This document shows positions 21,082-30,365 of a DNA stretch of 64,000 nt, piece after piece; within the stretch, counting starts at the first letter, position 1; every line of letters begins with the position of its first letter. The position numbers and the translations under genes are program-made. The stretch lies in contig OZ242351.1 in the NCBI GenBank assembly GCA_965208675.1, positions 1,472,001-1,536,000 of the forward strand, read 5' to 3'. This DNA comes from Candidatus Poribacteria bacterium (GTDB lineage: Bacteria > Poribacteria > WGA-4E > PCPOR2b). The notes beneath the pieces are model-generated. The model made no database searches. It saw nothing but the letters and a program-made list of their open reading frames with translations, and was not told the origin of the DNA.

Positions 21082-22146
21082 TCATTGCTCCGTCGTTTGC
21101 TGTTGAGTGTAGCAAGCAACAAAATCGCTACTGTCAATATCCGGCTGTCCTTGGCGTGCATAATACGAAGAAAAGCGCGATACAATATCCTTTACGAAAG
21201 GAGGCGATATCTGAATTGAAGGTATTTCAAACTTATCGTCGAATTCATCTATTGCGAGCGAATGCAGTTTTCTGAAATTGAGAACTCCACCCTCAAAAAA
21301 AACAGTTGGCGGTAGCCAATGAAAATATTGGTGCTTGTTTTTCACAAGACTCTCGACACGGTCTTTTTTCCTACTTCCTTTAAGTGCATCGCTCATGCTT
21401 TCGATGTCAACCAAGAGAATTTGCTCTGTGTTAGATCTGCCGTTTTCACCTCTGACTACAAGGTCGCACGCTGGACTCAAAATCACAAACGGACGATCGG
21501 TTGTCTTATCTTTTACAATACTCCCGGTGGTGATATTGTCCGACATCGGTGGATGGAGGTAAACCTCCTCTGGAAAACACCGATCTTCACCTTCCTCAAG
21601 CAGTTCAAACAAGTGGTTTAGAGCGTATCGGAGGAGCGCCCTTTCAGTGCGCGCCGAATCTTCCTTACCATAAGAAACCCACGTTGCCAACTGTGGAAGA
21701 AGGTTCTTCAGAAAGACTTGGGTTAGGTGAATCTCAATTTCTCCTCGACCTCCCATTATTCGAGTGAGTCCTGTATCAAAGATCTTTTGAAACAAGAGCA
21801 AATCGGATTCATATGTAGATTCGTCACGCGTGCGTTTCTTAATCACCGAAGGATGATCGTCCACGGAATCAAGGAAAGCTGTGACAAAAATGACCGGTAT
21901 ACGGGTAAATGGGAGGCCTAGTTGGTGTAATAATTCATTCCCACCTTTTTTATCAAAACCCAACCACAAATCAATTATGGCACCATCAAAAGAACCATCA
22001 ATATTGTTCAAAGCCGCCGAAATGTCAGCAAAAATTTCGTACTCGACTTTTGAATTGTATTTTTCATTGAAAAACTCAACAGAATCTTCAAATAATCGTT
22101 GTTGATCTTCAGCATCCTCAACAAGCAGAATTTTCATCGTATTCAC
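21082..22146 (-). CDS. Response regulator receiver domain fused to an uncharacterised C-terminal domain
   Basis: KILLVED...AIIDL...IFVTA receiver. C-terminal TGSIV...ILSPACDL...FSSYYARQGQP domain, no HTH. Overlaps the upstream kinase stop. Confidence 0.8.
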   Translation of the reverse strand: MNTMKILLVEDAEDQQRLFEDSVEFFNEKYNSKVEYEIFADISAALNNIDGSFDGAIIDLWLGFDKKGGNELLHQLGLPFTRIPVIFVTAFLDSVDDHPSVIKKRTRDESTYESDLLLFQKIFDTGLTRIMGGRGEIEIHLTQVFLKNLLPQLATWVSYGKEDSARTERALLRYALNHLFELLEEGEDRCFPEEVYLHPPMSDNITTGSIVKDKTTDRPFVILSPACDLVVRGENGRSNTEQILLVDIESMSDALKGSRKKDRVESLVKNKHQYFHWLPPTVFFEGGVLNFRKLHSLAIDEFDDKFEIPSIQISPPFVKDIVSRFSSYYARQGQPDIDSSDFVACYTQQQTTEQ

Positions 22147-24302
22147 CCTTGTTTACCGTTTTTAGGTTGGAGTCTGAAATAAGCCCCATCATTTGACTCA
22201 AATGCTTTTAACTCAAGGCCATTTCTTTCTGCGGCTTCACCAGCTATGGTTAGTCCTAGACCGGTACCGTTAGGTTTGGTCGAAAATTGAGGTTCAAAGA
22301 TTATTTCACTCGCAATGTGGCTTGGTTCGATCCCAGGGCCAGTGTCACGATAGTCAATATGTACTAGCGAATCACGGTCAGTCAGAAGTGTAACGGTTAT
22401 GTTTCGTTTGGAGTTTTTTTTCTGGTTAATCCAATAGAGACTATTGTCGATGAGATTTGTAAATATTGCGTAGATATCTTGGGACCAAAAGGGGAACTTG
22501 AAATTGTCGGGTCCTATAATGTCAACAGATACCTTTTGCGTTTTCATTTCTCCTTCAAAGATGGACAAAGTGCCATTAATAGCTTTCTTCAAGTCCAAAT
22601 GTTTTTTTGCGCCTCGTTTTCCCGCGGCGAGCGGATCCAGCCGACGAAACAAGTGCACAAAGAACTCCATATTCTCCAATACGCCGGTAGCGATTTCCTC
22701 AAGTTTCACAATAGTATTGAAATCCCGGTTTTTTTGAAAGGAGTTTACCCAAGATTTTAGATGTGGTATTCGATTTTGAAAATAACTTAATGGCCGCCTG
22801 CCTTCATGGAGGATGACGTTCACGATTTTCCCAAGTGTGGCTTGACCCTGATATATGGCAACTGCTTGCCTAATTTCATCGGCACCTTTGTTTTTTTCTT
22901 CTTGTACTTGGATAACGATTTGATCGATCATTTCGGCCGTAGACTCATCAACGCCCCGACTTTTGAGTTGCCTTTGTATTTTTGACCTCATTGGATCGAA
23001 GGAAAAGAGGCGCCCTAACTTGTAGTCTACCTTTCGAGAAAATCTGCCTAGCCCTACTTTGTCCCTGTAATCGAAACGTAAAACTTCAAGCTCCATTATT
23101 ACCGCTGTGGTCACTTTACGTAGCAGATCGAACGCCTCATTTTCCCTCAATCCATCACGTGCGCTCTTTTCAATCAAACCAGAATCATTTTCGGATTCTA
23201 TTTGCACGTACCCTATTGCCTGATCGCTGCCGATGCACATGGACGGGTTTTGCACGCGTCTCGAATTGAGTTTTAACCAGTCATATTCGGCATCGCCCAG
23301 CGGACGAATTCGGAATCCACTTCGGTAAACACCGATACCGTTGTATTTGTTCAAAAGCTGTCTAGCTTCAAGTTTTCCGACTGAATTGCCCAAGTCGTTG
23401 GTGGAACTGCGCTGCACTAAGGCATCGATGGATTCTTTATCTCTATCATACACTCGAATATCAAAATCAAGATTACCACAACCTGTTGGTTTTTTGAAAT
23501 CAAACCGTAGCTCTTGTTTAACGGTGTTTCGAGCTTTCTGTGAAGAATATTCCAAGGTGCCTTTACCATCTATCCCGATATTACCTGCAATTTTATAGTC
23601 GTAGAGTTCAAAGAGTGGAAACGGTTCAACAATTTCCTCAAAATCCTGAACCCCAACAAAACCCCTAACCGTAAGATTAATTCGAAATTCGTCATTTGTA
23701 AAAATACTGCCTACTGGTGATTTCAGTTTCTTCAACTCAAATTGGAGCTTCTGAAAGCGGTCTTTGTTCCACTCCACAACACGCTTTGAATTTCCATGCA
23801 TAGTTAACCTAGTTCCAGATGGTCGAGTGGTTTTCTGTGTTTCAATGAGTATTTCTACATCATCAAGATATTCGGCTGTATGAAAGTCATTCCATTCAAG
23901 ACAGACGGTTGTTTTTTCACCGTCAGCGTTAACGGTCTCAAGAAGTAGATCGTCACCAAGGATGGACGAAGCATAGCGCCCTATACCTTTTCGGCCCTGC
24001 AATGTCCTACCGAGTGGACTCGTGCCCCTGTCACGTTTGTCCCGGGTTGAGGGCACCATCCATTTATGAATAACGTCGTTCCTAGACATGCCGTGACCAT
24101 TATCGTCAACCACGATTGCATACGTTTTCCCGTTGGAAGATGCTTTAAATTCAATATTTACATAAGTAGCATCAGCATCGTAGGCGTTTTTCACTAACTC
24201 GACTACTGCGGCATGATTGTCCTGAATTAGGTCTTCCCCTATCGTTAGAATGTGTCGTCCCGCCGGTCTAATTTTGTAGGTTGTGTGAGTGTTCACATCC
24301 AA
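22143..24302 (-). CDS. GHKL (MORC/HSP90-like) ATPase fused to a cytoplasmic histidine kinase
   Basis: N-terminal ELVKNAYDADA, DDNGHGM, GRKGIGR, followed by an S5-like region GVYRSGFRI. C-terminal LHEGRRPL H-box, NLIDNS, DTGPGI, FSTKPNGTGLGL. No TM helices. Confidence 0.88.
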   Translation of the reverse strand: MDVNTHTTYKIRPAGRHILTIGEDLIQDNHAAVVELVKNAYDADATYVNIEFKASSNGKTYAIVVDDNGHGMSRNDVIHKWMVPSTRDKRDRGTSPLGRTLQGRKGIGRYASSILGDDLLLETVNADGEKTTVCLEWNDFHTAEYLDDVEILIETQKTTRPSGTRLTMHGNSKRVVEWNKDRFQKLQFELKKLKSPVGSIFTNDEFRINLTVRGFVGVQDFEEIVEPFPLFELYDYKIAGNIGIDGKGTLEYSSQKARNTVKQELRFDFKKPTGCGNLDFDIRVYDRDKESIDALVQRSSTNDLGNSVGKLEARQLLNKYNGIGVYRSGFRIRPLGDAEYDWLKLNSRRVQNPSMCIGSDQAIGYVQIESENDSGLIEKSARDGLRENEAFDLLRKVTTAVIMELEVLRFDYRDKVGLGRFSRKVDYKLGRLFSFDPMRSKIQRQLKSRGVDESTAEMIDQIVIQVQEEKNKGADEIRQAVAIYQGQATLGKIVNVILHEGRRPLSYFQNRIPHLKSWVNSFQKNRDFNTIVKLEEIATGVLENMEFFVHLFRRLDPLAAGKRGAKKHLDLKKAINGTLSIFEGEMKTQKVSVDIIGPDNFKFPFWSQDIYAIFTNLIDNSLYWINQKKNSKRNITVTLLTDRDSLVHIDYRDTGPGIEPSHIASEIIFEPQFSTKPNGTGLGLTIAGEAAERNGLELKAFESNDGAYFRLQPKNGKQG

Positions 24303-25555
24303 TTCTCCCTTAACTTTTCGGCTATTTTCTGTGATAGAAGAACAGGCACCGCGTCGCCGATTTGGCGAAATACAGGAGTTCTTCTGGGTTTTCCGCCACG
24401 ACTTTCAAAGTAGTAGTCGTCTGGAAACGTCTGTAATCTAGCCGCTTCTCTAGGCGTGAGAGAACGATTCTGATTTATGTCAGGATGAATATAATAGTGG
24501 CCGTCGTTCGCTAAGTGTGCGACAATAGTATGGCAGAATGGTAGATTTTGAGCAACTACTTTAAATCGATCGACGAATGACTTACGCTGACGATGAGTTT
24601 TTAAGCGCTCTGGCAGATCATTGTAATTCAGTCGAGCCATTTTATCATTCCAGAGTTCTACGGCAATTCTGTAGATTTCAAGATCCTGTTGAGAGTTCGG
24701 CCGTGCTTGGTGCCATGTGACTGGGTAATTATCACAACGTATACCAACGTCGTACATCCACACCCCTTTGTAAGGTGCGACGCTACATGGTCCTGCGACG
24801 CCTTGCCCCGAATTAATCGCTGGGAGATCGGCTAGAATTTCTTCCACAAGAACTGTGGATACACATTTTTTCGGTTCTGGATAGAAACCTTCGGACTTTC
24901 CTCGTTTTCCAACAATTATCGTCCTTTTTCGATTCTGCGGGACGCCGTAATCTTTCGCGCACAGAGTCTGAACTTCCGTCGCATAGCCGCATTTACGGAA
25001 CTCCTGCCGCATAAGGTTCAAGTATGAGACTCCTCGCTCATTCTTCGCGGACAGAAGACCGGTTACGTTTTCGAACAAAAAATGAACCGGCCGGTATCTC
25101 TCTAAGAATCTAGCGTAAAACACATACAAATAATTCCGTTTATCATTTTTCATTCGGTCGCGTAAACGAGAGCGTCCTACTAGCGAATAAGCTTGACAGG
25201 GGGGACCGCCGATAATCAAGTCTAGTTTCTTACCGTTTAGCAAACTATCAAGCCGATCAAAGATACTTTGAAGGCTTACGTCAGAAATGTGTGAATTGAT
25301 AACAGAATCTAACGCCGTTCTCGGCACTTGTGAATATAAATCCGCTCGGCTAATGTGTCGGTTGAGATATTTGTAATATAACTCCCCATTCCCACATCCA
25401 TTTAGCCACCGAAATGCCATGCGTGTTCGCAGTGTGTAACATGCAGCTAAATCCATCTCAACATGGGCAATTGGATTAAATCCAGCGCGCATGAACCCCT
25501 CCGAGAGCCCGCCCGCACCTGCAAACAAATCGAGATAATTCAATGTCCTGCTCAT
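24293..25555 (-). CDS. DNA (cytosine-5)-methyltransferase
   Basis: DLFAGAGG (motif I), GGPPCQ (IV), ENV (VI), PQNRKR (VIII), REAARLQTFPD (IX), QIGDAV (X). Confidence 0.96.
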   Translation of the reverse strand: MSRTLNYLDLFAGAGGLSEGFMRAGFNPIAHVEMDLAACYTLRTRMAFRWLNGCGNGELYYKYLNRHISRADLYSQVPRTALDSVINSHISDVSLQSIFDRLDSLLNGKKLDLIIGGPPCQAYSLVGRSRLRDRMKNDKRNYLYVFYARFLERYRPVHFLFENVTGLLSAKNERGVSYLNLMRQEFRKCGYATEVQTLCAKDYGVPQNRKRTIIVGKRGKSEGFYPEPKKCVSTVLVEEILADLPAINSGQGVAGPCSVAPYKGVWMYDVGIRCDNYPVTWHQARPNSQQDLEIYRIAVELWNDKMARLNYNDLPERLKTHRQRKSFVDRFKVVAQNLPFCHTIVAHLANDGHYYIHPDINQNRSLTPREAARLQTFPDDYYFESRGGKPRRTPVFRQIGDAVPVLLSQKIAEKLRENWM

Positions 25556-25904
25556 TATAGTAACTCCAGCATTCGAGATTCAATTTGTAAAATGAAAATA
25601 TACATGAGAAAATTTATCAATCTAGGAAAAGTAACGTGCTGAACCTAAGACACAAAAAAAGATTCCTTCAACACAAGGAAGTCTCAGTAATACCCTTCCT
25701 GAGAGTGTTTACGCAAGATACTTTTGAATTGAGTAGAGCATTACCGCCGTGGCATGTCTAATGCCAATTTAGGGGCTCTCGTCACTCCCAATAAAATTAT
25801 GACATTAATTCTAAAACTATCACCTCGTTTCGCACGAATGAATTTCACAAATGAGTTCAATAGACAAATTTTGGCGTTAATACTCTCATGACATCTGGTG
25901 CGAC

Positions 25905-27584
25905 TCAACTACAATCATATAGTCCCTTCTCCGTTCGACGGTCACATGAATCCCCTGATAGCAGTTTTGGTAGTAGAGTGTCGCGCAACTGAGAAAGTGT
26001 GTGTGATTGGTTCTCATTTGCTTCAATCCTAGCAAAAAGCGGATTCACAATTGAATCAAAACGGTGAAGTATCGAATCCGGTGGTAACGCGAATCGATAA
26101 CTAGGAACACCATCTTTGCTCAAATGTAACACCGTTGTGCCCGTTGTATATCCATTAATGTGAGCCTGGAAGGCATGACTTCGAAACAAGCAATAAAGGA
26201 ACCAAACGGAAACCGTTGATTCTAAGGGGCGGATTATTCCCAAATCCAACGATGCAACAAGTGTTTTATATTCACTGCTGGCTTGAACAAGTGCTGGTTT
26301 GCCAATTACCTCCGCTTCTTGTGTCACATCAGTATAGGAAACAACAAGCTCACCCGGGGTGATAACTTGTTCCGGTTTGTATCGTCCAGTATAAGATTTC
26401 AAGCCATCGGGACGGTAGCCACCACCACGCAAAATTGATTTTAGTGTAACCAACGCAGTGTCCGATTCTGTTAATTCGCTACTCTTGTATGAACGCCCTT
26501 TGACTATCTCAACAAGATTACCAATTTGTTCTATCTTCCACCCTTCCGGCATCTTTCCCAACGACGAATCCTGAAATGTAGATGGGAACAGAGCCGCGGA
26601 TTCGGCATCCATGCCAACGGGTTCTCGTCCCTCCGTTTTTGCCTGCACGGGATCAAAGTCCACAAACCACGACTTGAAGATAGCTCGTGCCATCGCCTCC
26701 AGCGTCTCGTTCATCTGCCGGTTGAGTTCCATTTTGTCGTCGAGCGAGCCGAGGATGTGGGCAATGCGGCGTTGTTGCTCAATGGGCGGAAGCGAAAGTT
26801 CAAACAAACCTATCGAATCAGGCGCAACTCTTTGTCGTCCTGTAGTACCTTGCATGGAATGAACCGCAAATGCTCTGAGTCTTGGATCTCTTGCTAAATA
26901 GTAAATGAACAGATTATCTGTTTTACCTTCGATTCCGGAGAGCACGATAAATTCAGTCGATCCATGACCAACTTCATTAGCTTTTAAGCAATTTACATAC
27001 GCAGTTTTACCGTTTTCGAGACAAGGAGTGATGCGCGCCAAAAGCGTATCTTCATTCTGAAATCGTGTGGCAGATCCATTGAATTCCTTAAATGAGTGTG
27101 AAGCAATTTCCCGTCTGAATGCTTCAATATCTTTCATAGAAACATGAGGTGCGGTTTTTCCTCTATGAAGCGTCCGGCGTGGGTTGATACTAACAACGTT
27201 ACCCAGTCTCACGAGCTCCCAGCTGTTATTCTCTTGAGTCCAACTTTGACGACTGTACTTCGATTCAGCAGTTTTTTTGCCTAATTTCTGTTCTTGTATC
27301 ACTTCATATCCTACAACAATCACGTTCTTGAAACTATCTGAAATCGCGTGCCAATCCTGAAAATCAACCCGAATTGGAAGGTCGGATTCCTCGAATGCCT
27401 CTTGCAATTTGCGCATTCGTCTCCGACTTAGCCGTTCATTGCCCACAACCGCAAGATCGAGATCGGAGTAATCTTTTGCTGTCCATTTGACTCGCGACCC
27501 GTAGGCGCGGACTTCACAATCGGGAACATGCTCAGCTAGTATGTGTTGAATTGTTTCAAGATATTTGGGATTGAGGTCAATCAT
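25905..27584 (-). CDS. hsdS: Type I R-M specificity subunit with N-terminal minimal nucleotidyltransferase (MNT) domain
   Basis: The first ~100 aa carry YGSRVKWTAKDYSDLDL (GS-X10-DXD). Two TRDs follow, with PPIEQQRRIAHILGSLDDK and LSQLRDTLLPKLLSG conserved regions, all in one ORF. Confidence 0.9.
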   Translation of the reverse strand: MIDLNPKYLETIQHILAEHVPDCEVRAYGSRVKWTAKDYSDLDLAVVGNERLSRRRMRKLQEAFEESDLPIRVDFQDWHAISDSFKNVIVVGYEVIQEQKLGKKTAESKYSRQSWTQENNSWELVRLGNVVSINPRRTLHRGKTAPHVSMKDIEAFRREIASHSFKEFNGSATRFQNEDTLLARITPCLENGKTAYVNCLKANEVGHGSTEFIVLSGIEGKTDNLFIYYLARDPRLRAFAVHSMQGTTGRQRVAPDSIGLFELSLPPIEQQRRIAHILGSLDDKMELNRQMNETLEAMARAIFKSWFVDFDPVQAKTEGREPVGMDAESAALFPSTFQDSSLGKMPEGWKIEQIGNLVEIVKGRSYKSSELTESDTALVTLKSILRGGGYRPDGLKSYTGRYKPEQVITPGELVVSYTDVTQEAEVIGKPALVQASSEYKTLVASLDLGIIRPLESTVSVWFLYCLFRSHAFQAHINGYTTGTTVLHLSKDGVPSYRFALPPDSILHRFDSIVNPLFARIEANENQSHTLSQLRDTLLPKLLSGDSCDRRTEKGLYDCS

Positions 27585-27990
27585 TATGCGCCTCTAGCGT
27601 GATGAAAAGTTGTCTTGCGTCATGTGCAAACTTGGTCGCATCCTCAAATACACTTTGAGCAGTATCTTCATTGTAAACATGAGAGGTCTGGTTGCGTCCG
27701 AAGTGATAATCCATCCAAAGTTCTACATCGGTGATGAGGCGATTTTCTGCCGCTAGGCAATATAGTTTCCGACGCGTAACACCGTCAACGTAGGTGTTAC
27801 CGACATTCTCTTTAAGCCATCGCTGTATCATTTTCCAACAAAGTTCGTACACCACCTCAAAATTATGAATGACTCCGGCGCGCACCGTGTCCTGCAAATC
27901 TTCCTCCCAAGTCTCCATATTACTCGCTGTTCTGATAGAACGTTCCAAAGCGCCCATAGCTTGTGCCAAACTGTCCAATTGTAAACTCAT
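27577..27990 (-). CDS. HEPN-fold nucleotidyltransferase substrate-binding protein (HI0074 family), putative RNase toxin
   Basis: RAGVIHNFEVVYELCWK and RNQTSHVY (R-X4-H-X-Y) motifs. Overlaps the start of the MNT-HsdS gene. Confidence 0.88.
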   Translation of the reverse strand: MSLQLDSLAQAMGALERSIRTASNMETWEEDLQDTVRAGVIHNFEVVYELCWKMIQRWLKENVGNTYVDGVTRRKLYCLAAENRLITDVELWMDYHFGRNQTSHVYNEDTAQSVFEDATKFAHDARQLFITLEAHND

Positions 27991-28198
27991 TGTTTATCCC
28001 TATACTCTCCACCGTTTCCAAGTTCGCTCAATGGATTCTCCAAGGCCGGTTGAACAGAGTGAACCCTTCCGACTGACCTTCTAAATCTAGTCTTCTGACC
28101 GCTGGCAGCCAAATGCATCATTGTGATAGAAAACCATTCGGGTGTTCAATTGCCTTATCGCTACGGTAGTTGGCGTCTAAACTCCTCGTCACCGAAAC

Positions 28199-29809
28199 TC
28201 ATGAACTATCTTGAAATCCGACTATTTTTAAACTCTCGGCAATAGCCTCGTCCTGCCGTCTTGCCTCCGCCATCTGATCCGCCAGTCGATTCGTCAGTCG
28301 GGTTATTTTCTCCTCAAACGGCTCATCGTCATCCTCTTGAGCTTCGGCGCCGACGTAACGACCGGGGGTCAAGACACTCCCGTGTTCGTGTATCTCCTCT
28401 AAAGTCGCGCTTTTGCAGAAGCCCGGGATATCCGAATATTCGCCTGCTGCTTCAGCGCCACGCCAAGCGTGGTAGGTATCGGCGATGCGGGTTATGTCTG
28501 CTTCGCTCAGTTCGCGGTGTACACGGTCAATCATGGATCCGAGTTTCCGGGCGTCAATGAATAATGTTTCGTTTGCACGTTCCCGGAAGCGCGGGGCTTT
28601 TTTGTCTCGCGCCAGAAACCAGAGACACACGGGGATTTGCGTGGAATAAAACAGTTGACCCGGCATGGCGACCATGCAATCAACCAAGTCTGAATCAACG
28701 ATATTTTTGCGTATTTCGCCTTCAGTGGACGTGTTAGAACTCATTGAGCCGTTCGCCAATACGAATCCGGCGATGCCGTTGGGCGCGAGGTGATAGATGA
28801 AGTGCTGCACCCACGCAAAGTTGGCGTTGCCAACTGGCGGCGCCCCATACACCCAACGTTTATCATAACGCAATCGCTCACCGCCCCAGTCACTGCTATT
28901 AAACGGCGGATTAGCTAGAATGTAATCAACTTTCAGGTCGGGGTGAAGTTCTCGGTGGAAACTGTCTGCGTGCTCCTCTCCAAGATTGGCGTCAATGGCG
29001 CGGATGGCGAGATTCATCTTCGCCAACTGCCACGTGGTCGGGTTGGACTCTTGCCCGAAAATTGAGATGTCGTCGCGCCCTCCGCCGTGCGCTTCAACGA
29101 AGGCTTCGCTCTGGACGAACATGCCGCCCGAACCGCAACATGGATCGTACACCCGTCCCTTGTACGGCGCCAGCATCTCAACGAGCACCTGCACAACACA
29201 GCGGGGGGTGTAGAATTGACCGCCCCTTTTGCCTTCGGCACTAGCGAATTGTGAGAGGAAATATTCGTAGACTCGACCGAGTATATCTTTTGAGCGATTC
29301 TCCTCTTCTCCCAAACCGATTGTGCCGATTAGGTCAACTAATTCCCCGAGGCGGCGCTTGTCGAGCATCGGACGGGCGTAGTTTTTAGGAAGCACACCCT
29401 TGAGGCTCGGGTTTTCGCCTTCAATCGCAATCATGGCATTATCAATCAGGGTTCCAATTTCCGGATGCTTGGCGCTGCCTTGCAGATAAGACCAGCGGGC
29501 TTCCTTAGGGACGTAGAAGATGTTTTCTGCCAAAAATTCATCGCGGTCATCGGCAAACTGGACACGGGCAGTTTCGTCTTTGAGGTAGAGCTCACTCTCA
29601 GGATTCGCAGATTCTGAAAGCAGCAAATTGTACCTTTCCTCGAAGGTGTCTGAAATGTACTTGAGGAAGATTAACCCCAACACCACATGTTTGTATTCGG
29701 CGGCGTCAAGGTTATTGCGGAGTTTGTCCGCCGCTTGGTACAGGGTCGCTTCGAAGCCCAGCGCCGCGCCGTTATTCTTGGATTTTGTGTTTCGTTTCTT
29801 TTTCGCCAT
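28199..29809 (-). CDS. hsdM: Type I R-M methyltransferase subunit M
   Basis: [21 protein letters not shown]. Likely start is ATG 29809 (ORF open to 29875). Confidence 0.97.
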   Translation of the reverse strand: MAKKKRNTKSKNNGAALGFEATLYQAADKLRNNLDAAEYKHVVLGLIFLKYISDTFEERYNLLLSESANPESELYLKDETARVQFADDRDEFLAENIFYVPKEARWSYLQGSAKHPEIGTLIDNAMIAIEGENPSLKGVLPKNYARPMLDKRRLGELVDLIGTIGLGEEENRSKDILGRVYEYFLSQFASAEGKRGGQFYTPRCVVQVLVEMLAPYKGRVYDPCCGSGGMFVQSEAFVEAHGGGRDDISIFGQESNPTTWQLAKMNLAIRAIDANLGEEHADSFHRELHPDLKVDYILANPPFNSSDWGGERLRYDKRWVYGAPPVGNANFAWVQHFIYHLAPNGIAGFVLANGSMSSNTSTEGEIRKNIVDSDLVDCMVAMPGQLFYSTQIPVCLWFLARDKKAPRFRERANETLFIDARKLGSMIDRVHRELSEADITRIADTYHAWRGAEAAGEYSDIPGFCKSATLEEIHEHGSVLTPGRYVGAEAQEDDDEPFEEKITRLTNRLADQMAEARRQDEAIAESLKIVGFQDSS

Positions 29810-30058
29810 AGTCTGTTTTTTTATTTCCGCTTTCTCGCTTGGCATCTTCACTACATTGGAGACACACCGATTCAACTTTCATGATAACCCATCTCACGGA
29901 GATTTTCAAGTCGGATTAACCAAAAACAGGAAAGACACCGCCGAACACCTTCTGGGCATATTATGGTGTTTCCGACGGAGGAAAATAGACATCGGTTGAA
30001 GATTTTGATAAGAACCGCGTTCTATTTTTTGGGCTTTAGATTAGTATACAATTCATGG

Positions 30059-30347
30059 ATCGGGCGTGTTTCGGTCAAGGGACGGTGGCAAAAACTGGGA
30101 ATCGGTCAACGGCGGGTTGCCACAGGGGTATTCTTCGGAACTTCACGTGATTGGGAATACGCTCTATGCAACGGATAGCGCTCAAGGTATCTATCGATTC
30201 AAGGATCGCGGGGATACTTGGGAATTCGTTAAACCGTCATTTTCACAAATGTTATCCGGCATGTCGGGTGCACTAACGATCGTAGACGGGGTTTTATACG
30301 CTGGCATCGGCGAGGGCGGTGTGTATCGGATTGCATTGGAGGATTGA
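30059..30347 (+). pseudogene. Duplicated 3' fragment of the BNR propeller gene (right copy of the direct repeat)
   Basis: FRSRDGGKNWESVNGGLPQGY...GVYRIALED is nearly identical to the C-terminus of 16916-17860. No 5' part is present. Confidence 0.88.
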
Positions 30348-30365
30348 TTTGACATGCCCAGCCGT

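Noticed and set aside
25905-25960. Atypical HsdS tail after LLSG, possibly a small frameshift
   Set aside because: It affects only the variable last ~15 residues and cannot be supported without homologues.
30050-30060. aattcatggat also occurs at 17162-17172, suggesting the duplication extends further with an internal deletion
   Set aside because: Only 11 nt match and the upstream sequence does not align.
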